DNA of 64,000 nt from positions 6,688,001 to 6,752,000 of the forward strand of contig OY970303.1 of NCBI GenBank assembly GCA_963716255.1. Reading direction: 5' to 3'. A program made the translations under genes and the position numbers. Below the pieces are notes generated by a model. That model ran no database searches and was not told the origin of the DNA. It saw only the letters and a program-made list of their open reading frames with translations. Below are positions 1-24,100 of the stretch, in pieces (the first letter of the stretch is position 1; every line of letters starts with the position of its first letter). This DNA comes from an uncultured Gemmatimonadales bacterium (GTDB lineage: Bacteria; Gemmatimonadota; Gemmatimonadetes; Longimicrobiales; Longimicrobiaceae).

Positions 1-12138
<12,138 letters not shown>

Positions 12139-12169
12139 CGCTGGTCGCTTCCGCTGTGCATCGTGCGCC

Positions 12170-15100
12170 TCACTCCCCTCTCAGGAGCCGCATCGCCTCC
12201 TCCTCCGACATCTCCTCCAGGGCGCGCAGCTCCTCTTCCGAGAGGTCCCCGTCCCCGCCCGGCTCCAGCGACAGCGATTCCACCAGCGCGGCCATGGCGG
12301 CGACCGTCGGGTGCTCGAACACGGCCCGCAGCGGCAGCTCCACCCCCAGCGCCGCGCGGACCGCGGACACCAGGCGCGTGGCGAGCAGCGAGTGCCCGCC
12401 CAGCGCGAAGAAGCTGTCCGTCGCGCCCACCCGCTCCAGCCCCAGCGTTTCCGCCCAGACCGCGGCCAGCGCCTCCTCCGTCCACCCGGAGGGCGCCACG
12501 TACTCCGCCGGGGCGGGCGCCTCCGGCCGGGGCAGGGCGAGGCGGTCGATCTTGCCGTTGGGGGTCAATGGAAGCGTCTCCAGCGCCACGAAGGCGGAGG
12601 GCACCATGTACTCCGGGAGCCGCGCCCGCAGCCACTCCACCAGCGCGGCGGCGGAGCCGGCCTCCGCGCCCTCCTCGGGGACCAGGTACGCGGCCAGCCG
12701 CCGCTCGCCCGCGTCGTCCTCCCACGGCGCCGCGACCGCCTCGCGCACGCCGGGAAAGGCCCGCAGCGCGGCCTCCACCTCGGCGGGCTCCACGCGGTGG
12801 CCGCGGATCTTGAGCTGGAAGTCGGCGCGGCCCAGGAACTCCACGGCGCCGTCCGGCAGGCGCCGCCCCAGGTCGCCCGTGCGGTAGGCGCGCATCCCGC
12901 CGCCCTCGTCCCGGAACGCCGCGGCGGTCTGCTCCGGCCGGTTCCAGTAGCCCGCCGCCACGTGGGGGCCGCGGATGACGATCTCGCCCGCGCCGTACAC
13001 CGCCGGCTGCTCCCCGGCGGCGTTGACCAGCCACACCTCGGTGTCCGCCACCGGGCGGCCCACCGGCACGGTGCCGCGCGGCGGCGCGGCGCCGTGCTCG
13101 AAGAAGGCCTGCAGGGTGACGGTGGACTCCGTGGGGCCCAGCCCGTTCACCAGCGTGGCGCCGGGGAGGAAGTGGCGGTTGAACGCTTCCACGTCGCGGC
13201 CCTGCGTTTCCTCGCCCCCCAGCACCACCAGGCGCACGCCGGGAAAGCGCTCGTCCGCCGCGAGGCCGCCCGCCAGGTGGCGGAAGACGGTGGGCGTGGA
13301 GTGGTACAGGGTGATCCCCTGGCGCCGGATCCACCCGGCCACGCCGGCCGCGGCCTCCTCCCGCCAATCGAACGGGCAGAGCGTGGCGCCGTGGAGCAGC
13401 GCGCCGTAGACGGCCATGACCGCCGCGTCGAAGGTGTACGACGAGAACAGCGTCAGCACGTCGTCCGGGCCGATGCGCAGGTTGCGGCCGTAGACGCGGA
13501 CGTGGTGCAGCACGCCCCGGTGGCTCTGCACCACGCCCTTGGGCCGCCCCGTGGAGCCCGAGGTGTACAGGATGTACGCGGGCGCGCCGGGCTCCACGCG
13601 GGGCAGGGACGCGGCGTCCGTGGCGTCCGCGGTCCCGTCGTCCGCGTCCACGTCCACCAGCGGCACGCGCCCGCCGGCCAGCTCGCGCGCCAGCTCCAGG
13701 TTGGCGCCGTTGGTGAGGAGGGCGGCGGCGCCGGAGTCCTCCAGCACGTAGGCGCTGCGCTCCCGGGGATACAGGGGGTCGATGGGGACGTAGGTCTTGC
13801 CGGCCCGGAGCGCGCCCAGCATCCCCACGATCATCGCCGCGTCGTGCTCGAAGAGCAGCGCCACCCGCTCGCCCGGCCCGGGGCGGGCGCGCAGCAGGGC
13901 GCGCGCGGCGCGCTCCGCGGCCCGGTCCAGCTCCGCGTAGGTGAGGGTGCGCGTGCGGGTGCGCACCGCGACGCGGTCGGGGTGCAGCCGCGCGACCCGC
14001 CGGAATCGGTCCGTGATCGTCCCCTCCGCGTCCCCCGGCTCCCACTCCGGGAGCGGCCGCCCGCCGCCGATGCCGCGCGCGTGCCCGGCGCGGGCGGCCC
14101 GCTCCGCCGGCGCGAGCAGCGGCAGCGCGGACAGGCGCAGCTCCGGGTCGCGGCCGGCGCCCTCCAGCAGCGCGCGCAGGTGGGCCAGCAGCTCGGCCAT
14201 GCGCTCCGCCGCGAACAGCTCGGCGTCGTAGACCAGGTCCAGGCGGATGCCGCCGTCCGGCGCTTCCTCCGCGTACAGCGTCAGGTCGTAGCGCGCGGCC
14301 TCCTCGCCGCCGCCCTCCAGCGGCTCCAGAGCCAGGCCGGGGACGCCGCCGGGATCGCCGCCGCCGAAGGCCTGGAGGTTGAGCATCACCTGGAACACCG
14401 GCGCGTGGCTGAGCGACCGCTCCGGCTGGATCTCCTCCAGCACGCGCTCGAAGGGCACGTCCTGGTGGGCGTACGCCCCCAGCGTGGTTTCCCGCACGCG
14501 CCGCAGCAGCTCGCGGAACGCGGGGTCGCCGGACAGGTCGGTGCGCAGCGCCAGGGTGTTGAGGAAGAAGCCGATCAGCCCCTCGGTCTCGCGGCGGCCG
14601 CGCCCGGCGATGGGGGCGCCCACCACCACGTCCGTCTGCCCGGAGTAGCGCGCGAGCAGGGCGGACAGGCCGGCCAGCAGCGCCATGAACAGCGTCGCCC
14701 CCTCGGCGCGGGCGAGGGCCCGGACGGACTCGGCCACGTCCGGCTCCAGGTGGAGCGCGCGGACCGCGCCGCGGCCGGAGCGGACGGCCGGACGGGGGCG
14801 CTCCATGGGGAGCTCCAGCACGGTCGGGGCCCCGTGGAGCTGGCCGCGCCAGAAGCCGAGCTGCGCATCCAGCCGCTCCCCGCTCAGCCATTCCCGCTGC
14901 CACGCCGCGAAGTCGGCATACTGCACGGGCAGCTCCGGGAGCGCCGGCTCGCGCCCGCCCGTGCGGGCGGCGTACAGCTCGAACAGCTCCCTCACCAGCA
15001 CCTCCATGCTCCACCCGTCGGACACGATGTGGTGCATCGTCAGCAGCAGCGCGTGGTCGTCGGCACCGAGCCGCACGAGCGCGGTCCTCAGCAGCGGCCC

Positions 15101-18100
15101 GTGCGCCAGGTCGAAGGGACGCACCGCCTCATCGGCAACCAGCCGCTTCAGCTCCGCCCCGCGGCGCGCCTCCGGCAGCCCCGCCAGCTCCACCACCGGG
15201 AGCCGCTGCGGCCGGGCGGGCTCCACCCGCTGCACGGGCTCGCCGTCCACCACGGGGAAGCGGGTGCGCAGCGCCTCGTGCCGGCGCACCGTCCGCGTGA
15301 ACGCCCACTCCAGGGCGTCCGCGTCCAGCGCGCCCCGCAGGCGCAGGCGGAAGGGCATGTTGTAGGCGGCGGTGCCGGGCTCCAGCCGGTCCAGCAGCCA
15401 CAGCCGCTGCTGCGCGAACGACAGCGGCAGCGGCCCGTCGCGCGGCACGGGCACGATGGGCGGCGCGCCGCTCCCGGCGCCCTCCCGCCGCAGCCGGTCC
15501 ACGCGCTCCGCCAGGGCGGCCACGGTGGGGGCCTCGAACAGCGCCCGCAGCGGCAGCTCCACGCCGAACAGGTCGCGGACGCGGGAAACCACGCGCGTGG
15601 CGAGCAGCGAGTGCCCACCCAGCTCGAAGAAGCCGTCGTGGACGCCCACGCGCTCCACCCGCAGCGTTTCCGCCCAGGCGTCGGCGAGCGCGCGCTCGGT
15701 CGCGCTCCGCGGCGGCGCGTACTCGCGGCCGGACGCACCCTCCGGCGCGGGGAGGGCGCGCCGGTCCAGCTTTCCGTTGGGGGTGAGCGGCAGGTCCTCC
15801 AGCGCCACGAACGCGGATGGCACCATGTACTCCGGGAGCAGGCGGCCCAGGTGCGCCCGCAGCCCGGCCGCGTCCGGCGCCTCGCCGTCCGCCGTGAAGT
15901 ACGCCGCCAGGCGGCGGTCGCCGGGGGAATCCTCGCGCGCCACCACGACCGCCTCGCGCACGCCGGGAACCGTCCGCAGCGCGGCCTCGATCTCCCCCGG
16001 CTCGATGCGGAAGCCGCGCACCTTGACCTGCTGGTCCATGCGGCCCAGGTACTCCACCTGCCCGTCCGCCCGCCAGCGGGCCAGGTCGCCGGTGCGGTAC
16101 ATCCGCTCGCCGGGCCCGTCCGGGAACGGGTCGGGGACGAACCTTTCCGCCGTCAGCTCCGGCCGGCCCAGGTAGCCGCGCCCCACCTGCGCGCCGGCGA
16201 TGTGCAGCTCCCCGGGCACGCCCGGCGGCACGGGCTCCATCGCGCGGTCCAGCAGGAGGATGCGGGTGTTCGCCACCGGCGCCCCGATGAGCACCGGCCG
16301 GCCGGGCCGGCACGCCCAGGCGGTCACGTCCACGGCGGCCTCGGTGGGACCGTACAGGTTGTGCAGCTCCACGCCGGGGAAGCGGGCGAAGAAGCGCTCC
16401 TGCAGCTCCAAGGGGAGCGCTTCGCCGCTGCACACCACCCGGCGCAGCGCTCCGCGGCGTGCGGGCCCACCGGCGTCCAGGAACGCCGCCAGCATGGGCG
16501 GCACGAAGTGCAGCGTGGTGATCCGCTCGCGCTCCACGAGCCCCGCGAGGTACGCCGGGTCGCGGTGCCCCTCCGGCTTCGCCAGCACCAGCCGCGCGCC
16601 CGTGATCAGCGGCCAGAAGAATTCCCACACCGACACGTCGAACCCGAAGGGCGTCTTCTGGAGCACCGCGTCGTCCGCGCCCAGGCCGTACGCCTCCTGC
16701 ATCCACAGCAGCCGGTTGACGATGGCCGCGTGGGTGTTCATCGCGCCCTTGGGCCGCCCGGTGGAGCCGGAGGTGTAGATGACGTACGCCAGGTTGTCGG
16801 GGGACTGCGTGCGCGGAAGCGCGAGAGTGGGGGAGTGCCGGGGTCCGTCCGCATCCGCGTCCACCACGACGACCTTCCCACCGAACTCCGGGACCCGGTC
16901 CCGCAGCTCCTCCTGCGTCAGCAGCACCGGCACCGCGGAGTCGGACAGCAGGTAGGCCAGGCGCTCGGCGGGGTAGCCGGGGTCCAGCGGCACGTAGGCG
17001 CCCCCGGCCTTGAGCACGGCGAGCAGCGACGCCACCAGCTCCGGGCCGCGCTCCATGCACACGCCCACCCGCGTCTCCGGGCCCACGCCGCGCCGGCGGA
17101 GCAGGCGCGCGAGCCGGCCGGCGCGGTCGTCCAGCTCGCGGAAGGTGAGGGACGCGCCCTCGAAGACCAGCGCCACGGCGTCCGGGGTGCGCTCCACCTG
17201 CCGCTCCACCAGCTCGTGCAGGCAGGCGGGCGGGTAGCCGCGCGCGGTGGCGTTCCACTCGTGCACCACCTGCCGGCGCTCCTCCGGCGTGAGCAGCGGG
17301 AGCGTGGAGAGCGGGCGCTCCGGGGCGCGCACGGCGGCTTCCAGGAGCCGCTGGAAGTGGCGCAGCATGCGGTCGGCGGTGGCGGCCTCGAACAGGTCGG
17401 CTCGGAAGCGGAGCACGCACGCCGTGTGCTCCCGGGCCTCCAGCACGGACAGGCTCAGGTCGAACTGGGCGACGCCCTCGCCCGTGGGCAGCGGCTCCAC
17501 GCGCAGGCCGCCCAGCTCCAGCGCGGGCTGCCGCTCCACGTTCTCCAGCGTGAACATCACCTGGAAGAGCGGGGTGTGCGTCAGGCTGCGCTCGGGCTGG
17601 AGCTCCTCCACCAGCCGCTCGAAGGGCACGTCCTGGTGCGCGAAGGCGCCCAGCGTCGTTTCCCGCACCCGGGCCAGCAGCTCGCGGAACGAGGGATCGC
17701 CGGACAGCTCCGTCCGCAGCACCAGCGTGTTCAGGAAGAAGCCGATCAGCCCCTCCAGCTCGGTGCGGCCGCGCCCGGCGACGGGGGTGCCCACGGACAC
17801 GTTGTCCTGCCGCGACCAGCGGGCGAGCAGCAGCTGCCAGGCGGCCAGCAGCGCCATGAACGGCGTCGCGCCTCCCGCGCGCGCCAGCTGGCGGACGCCG
17901 TGCGCCAGCTCCGGCGGCAGCACGAGCTGCCGGCTGGCCGCGGGCGCTCCCTCCACCGGGCGGCGGGGATGGTCCGTGGGAAGCTCCAGCACCGGGGGGG
18001 CGCCGCCGAGCTGGTTTCGCCAGTAGCCGAGCTGCGCCGCGAGCGCGTCGCCGGCGAGCCACCCGCGCTGCCAGGCGGCGTAGTCGGCGTACTGGATGGG

Positions 18101-21100
18101 CAGATCGGGGAGCCGGGGCTCCTCGCCGCGCGAGAGCGCCGCGTAGAGCGCGGACACCTCCGCCACCAGCACGTCCATGCTCCAGGCGTCGCTGACGGCG
18201 TGGTGCAGGGTGAAGACGACGGCGTGGTCCTCGGCGTCCAGCCGCAGCAGCAGGGCGCGCAGGAGCGGCCCGCGCGCCAGGTCGAACGGGCGCGCGGCCT
18301 CGGCCGCCGCCAGGAGGGCGGCCGGCGCCTCGCGCGCGGCGGCGGGGAGCCCGTCGAGCGCCACCACCGGGAGCGGCACGGGCGCGGGCGGGTCGATGCG
18401 CTGCACGGGGCCGCCGTCCACGACCGGGAAGCGCGTGCGGAGCGATTCGTGGCGGCGCACCAGCGCGCCGAGCGACGCGCGCATCGCCGCGGCGTCGAGC
18501 CGGCCGCGCAGGCGCAGCGCGGTGGGGACGTTGTACGCCGCGCTCCCCGGCTGCAGCTGGTCGATGAACCAGAGCCGCTGCTGCGCGAAGGAGAGCGGGA
18601 TCCCGCCGTCCCGGGGAACGGGGACGAGCGGCGGGGCCGCGGCGGCGACGCCCTCGTCCAGCAGGGCCCGGACGCGCGCCGCCATCCCGGCGACGGTGGG
18701 CGCCTCGAACACGGCGCGCAGCGGCAGCTCCACCCCGAGCGCCTCGCGCACGCGGGACACCAGGCGCGTAGCCAGGAGCGAGTGGCCGCCCAGCTCGAAG
18801 AACCCGTCGTCCACGCCCACGCGCTCCACGCGCAGCACCTCCGCCCACGCTTCCGCGAGCACGCGCTCGGTCCCGTCCCGGGGCGGCGCGTGCTCGCGCC
18901 CGGTCCCGCCCTCCGGGGCCGGGAGGGCGCGCCGGTCCAGCTTGCCGTGCGGGGTCAGCGGAAGCGATTCCAGCGCCACGAACGCGGAGGGGACCATGTA
19001 CTCCGGCAGGCTCGCCGCCAGGTGCGCGCGCAGTGCGGCCACGGCCGGCGCCTCGCCGCCGGCCGTGAAGTAGGCCACCAGCCGCCGGTCGCCGGGCGCG
19101 TCCTCGCGCACCAGCACGGCGGCCTCGCGCACGGCGGGGTGCCGCTCCAGCGCCGCCTCGACCTCGCCGGGCTCGATGCGGAAGCCGCGCAGCTTGACCT
19201 GCAGGTCGATGCGGCCCAGGAACTCCAGGACCCCGTCCGCCAGCCAGCGCACCCGGTCGCCCGTGCGGTACAGGCGCGCTCCCGCATCTCCCGAGAACGG
19301 GTCGGGGACGAAGCGCTCCGCCGTGAGCGCGGGCCGCCCCAGGTAGCCGCGGGCCACCCCCTCGCCGCCGATGAACAGCTCGCCGGGGACGCCCGGGGGC
19401 GCCGGCTCGCCGGACGGGTCGAGCGCGTAGAGCCGCGCGTTGCCCGTCGGCCGGCCGACCGGGAGGCTGGGCCAGCGCGAGCCGTCGTCGCCCGCCTCCA
19501 GCGGCAGCGTGGCGGAGGTGCAGGCGGTCTCCGTCAGCCCGAAGACGTGCACCAGCGGAAGGCGCAGCTCCGCCCACTCGCGCAGCCGCTCCGGCGACAC
19601 CCGCTCCCCGCCCACCAGGACGAGGCGCACCGGCTCCGGCACGCCCCGGCCCCGCGCGGCCAGCTCGCGCACCCACTCGTGCCAGTAGGCCGTCGGCAGC
19701 TCCAGCACGGTGACGCGCTCCGCGGCCAGCACCCGCAGCAGCGTCCCCGGATCGAACAGCGCCTCGCGCGAGAACACCACGGCGGCCCCGGCGAGCCAGG
19801 CGGGGAACAGCTCCTCCACCACCACGTCGAAGCCGAGCGAGGCGAACTGGAGGACGCGGTCGTCCGGGCCGAGCCCCAGCCGCTCCGCCATGTCCGCCGC
19901 GTAGTTGACCACCGCCCGGTGCGGGACGGCCACGCCCTTGGGCGTGCCCGTGGAGCCCGAGGTGTAGACGACGTACGCCAGGCCCTCCGGGGCGGCGCCG
20001 CCCGCCGGCGCGCGGGCGGGCTCGGCCGCGGCCTCCCGGGCGAGGGCGTCGAGCGTGACCGCGGGCACGCCGGCACCGGCGAACCGCCCGGCGAGGCCGT
20101 CCTCCGTCAGCAGCAGGGCGGCGCCGGAGTCCCGGAGCACGTAGGCGATGCGCTCCGCCGGGTAGGCGGGGTCCAGCGGCACGAAGGCGCCGCCCGCACC
20201 GAGCACGGCCAGGATCGCCGTCGCCACCCCGGGCCCCTTTTCCAGGGCGATCCCCACGCGCGTCTCCGGCCCCACGCCGCGGCGGCGGAGCGCGTTCGCG
20301 ATGCGGCTCGCCCCGGCGTCCAGCTCCGCGTACGACGTCGCGCGTCCCTCGAACACCACGGCGTGCGCGCCGGGCGTGCGCCGCGCCCGCTCCGCGATCA
20401 GCTCGTGGAGGCAGCGCCCGCGGGGGAACTCGCGCGCCGTGTCGTTCCACGTCTCCAGCACCCTCGTCCGCTCCCCGTCCGACAGCAGCGGCAGGGTGGA
20501 CAGGGGGCGCCCGGGGTCCGCCAGCGCCCCGTCGAGGAGCCGCGCGAAGTGCTCCAGCATGCGCTCCGCGGTGGCCGCCTCGAACAGGTCGGCGCGGAAG
20601 CGGAGCGTGCCCGCGAACCGGTCCGGCGTCTCCTGGAGCGAAAGGTCCAGGTCGAACTGCGCGGCGCCGCTCCCCGTGGGGAACGGCTCCAGGCGCAGGC
20701 CGCCCAGCTCCAGCGCGGGCTGCCGCTCCACGTTCTCCAGGGCGAACATCACCTGGAAGAGGGGAGTGTGCAGCAGCGTCCGCTCGGGCTGCATCTCCTC
20801 CACCAGCCGCTCGAAGGGGACGTCCTGGTGCGCGAAGGCGCCCAGCGCCATTTCCCGCACGCGGCCCAGCAGCCCGCGGAAGTCCGGCGCGTCCGACACG
20901 TCGGTCCGCAGGACGAGCGTGTTGACGAAGAAGCCGATCAGCCCCTCCGTTTCCGCCCGCGTGCGCCCGGCGATGGGCGAGCCCACCACCACGTCGTCCT
21001 GCCCCGACCAGCGGGCCAGCAGGAGCTGCCAGGCCGCCAGCAGCGCCATGAACGGCGTCGCGCCCTGCTCCCGGGCGAGGGCCCGCAGCCGCGCCGCGGT

Positions 21101-24100
21101 CTCCGCCGCGAGCGCGAAGGGCAGCCGCCCCGCGGGCGCCCCCGTGGCCGGGCGGCGCGGACCGTCCAGCGGCAGCTCCAGCGTGGGCGGGGCTCCGGCG
21201 AGCCGGCCGCGCCACCAGCGGAGCTGCGCGTCCAGGACCTCGCCCGCGAGCCGTTCCCGCTGCCACGCCGCGAAGTCGGCGTACTGGATGGGCAGGCCGG
21301 GGAGCCGCGGCTCCTCCCCGCGGTCGAGGGCGCCGTACAGGGCGGACACCTCGCGCACCAGCACGTCCATGCTCCACGCGTCCGAAACGACGTGGTGCAG
21401 GGTGAAGAGCGCCGCGTGGTCGCCGCCGGCGAGGCGCAGCAGCGTGGCTCGGAGCAGCGGTCCGCGCGCCAGGTCGAAGGGGCGCAGCGCCTCGGCCTCC
21501 GCCAGGCGCGCCGCCTCCGCCTGGCGGCGCTCCGCGGCGAGGCCCGCCAGGTCCACGACCGGGAGGGGGACCGGCGCGGCGGGACGGACCACCTGCACGG
21601 GCTCCCCGGCCCGCACGCCGAACGTGGTGCGCAGCGCCTCGTGCCGCCGGACCAGGGCGGCGAGGCTTCGCCCGAGCACCGCCGTGTCCAGGCCGCCGCG
21701 GAGCCGCAGGGCGGTGGGGATGTTGTAGGCGGCGCTCCCGGGGTCGAGCTGGTCGATGAACCAGAGCCGCTGCTGCGCGAACGACGCCGGCAGCGCGCCG
21801 CCCGGCTCGCGCGGCACCCGGGGGATGGGCGCGGCGTCGGCCCGGCCGTCCGCGGCGAGCAGGTCCCGGACGCGCTCCGCCAGGCCGGCGACGGTGGGCG
21901 CCTCGAAGAGCGCGCGCAGCGGCAGCTCCACCCCGAGCGCCCGGCGCACGCGGGACACCAGGCGCGTGGCGAGCAGGGAGTGGCCGCCCAGCTCGAAGAA
22001 GTCGTCCGCCACGCCCACGCGGCCGGCGCGGAGCACTTCCGCCCACGCGTCGGCGAGCACCCGCTCGGTCTCGTCCCGCGGCGCGACGTACTCGCGGCCG
22101 GCCGCGCCCTCCGGGGCGGGGAGGGCGCGGCGGTCCAGCTTTCCGCTGGCGGTGAGCGGAAAGCTTTCCAGGGCCACCCAGGCGGTGGGCACCATGTGGC
22201 CCGGCAGGGCATCCCCCAGGTGCGCGCGCAGCTCGGCCGCGGGCGGCGCACCTCCCTCCGCCGTGATGTAGGCGACCAGGCGCTTCTCGCCGGGCGCGTC
22301 CTCGCGCACCAGCACCACGGCCTCGCGCACGGCCGGGTGCCGCCGCAGCGCCGCCTCCACCTCGCCGGGCTCGATGCGGAAGCCGCGCAGCTTGACCTGC
22401 AGGTCGATGCGGCCCAGGAACTCCAGGACCCCGTCCGCCAGCCAGCGCACCCGGTCGCCCGTGCGGTACAGGCGCGCTCCCGCATCTCCCGAAAAGGGGT
22501 CGGGGACGAAGCGCTCCGCCGTGAGCGCGGGCCGCCCCAGGTAGCCGCGCGCCACCCCCTCGCCGCCCACGAACAGCTCGCCGGGGACGCCCACGGGCGC
22601 CGGCTCTCCGGACGGGTCGAGCGCGTACAGCCGCGCGTTGCCCGTCGGCCGGCCGATGGGGAGGCTGGGCCAGCGCGAGCCGTCGTCGCCCGCCTCCAGC
22701 GCCAGCGCGGCGGAGGTGCAGGCGGCCTCCGTCAGCCCGAAGACGTGCACCAGCGGCAGGCGCAGCTCCGCCCACTCGCGCAGCCGCTCGGGCGACACCC
22801 GCTCCCCGCCCACGCGCACGAAGCGGACGCACTCCGGCGGGCGCCGCCCCGTTTCCGCGAGCTCGCGCACCCACTCGTGCCAGAAGGCCGTCGGCAGCTC
22901 GAAGCTGGTGACCCGCTCGCGGGCCGCCACCTCCAGCAGCACCCCGGGCGCGAACAGCTCCTCGCGCGACAGCACGACGGCCGCGCCGGCGGCCCAGGCG
23001 GAAAAGATCTCCTCCACCGACACGTCGAAGCCGAGCGAGGCGAACTGGAGGACGCGGTCGTCGGCGCGCAGCCCCAGGCGCTCGGCCATGTCGAGGGCGA
23101 GGTTGACCACGGCGCGGTGCGGGACGGCGACGCCCTTGGGGGTGCCGGTGGAGCCCGAGGTGTAGATGACGTACGCCAGGTTCTCCGGGGCGACGTCGCT
23201 TTCCGGCGCGCCGGCGGGCTCGTCCGCGGCCTCCCGGACGAGGCGGTCCACGGCGAGCACGGGCACGCCGGCATCGGCGAACCGCCCGGCGAGCCCTGTC
23301 TGGGTGAGCAGCAGGGCGGCGCCGGAGTCGCGGAGCACGTAGGCGATGCGCCCGGCCGGGTACGCGGGGTCCAGCGGCACGTACGCTCCCCCCGCCGCGA
23401 GCACGGCCTGGACCGCCAGCGCCATCTCCACGCTCTTCTCGACGGCGATCCCCACCCGCGTCTCGGGGCCGACGCCGCGGCGGCGGAGCGCGCGCGCCAG
23501 GCGGTTCGCGCCGGCATCCAGCTCCGCGTACGACACCTCCCGCCCCTCGAACACCACGGCGGGCGCGTCCGGGGTGCGCCGCGCCCGGCCGGAGGCCAGC
23601 TCGTGCAGGCGGAGCGTGCGCGGGTAGTCGCGCGCGGTTGCGTTCCACGTCTCCAGCACCCGCGCGCGCTCCTCGTCCGCGAGCAGCGGCACGGCGGCGA
23701 GCGGGCGGTCGGGGTCGGCGAGGACGCCGGCCAGGAGCAGGCGGAAGTGCCCGGCCATGCGCTCCACGGTGGCGGCGTCGAACAGGTCGGCGCGGTAGCG
23801 CAGCGTGCCGCCGAGCCCGCCGGGGCCCTCGTGCAGCGAGAAGTCCAGGTCGAACCCGGCGGCGCCCTCGCCCGGGGACATGGGCTCCATGGCCAGCCCG
23901 CCCAGACGGAGCGCGGAGCGCTCCGTGTTCTGCAGGGCGAACATCACCTGGAAGAAGGGCGCATGCGCCAGGCTGCGCTCCGGCCGCAGCTCCTCCACCA
24001 GCCGCTCGAAGGGCACGTCCTGGTGCTGGAAAGCGCCGAGCGTCGTTTCGCGGACGCGCGCCAGCAGCCCGCGGAAGCCGGGCCGCTCCGCGCCCGCCAG

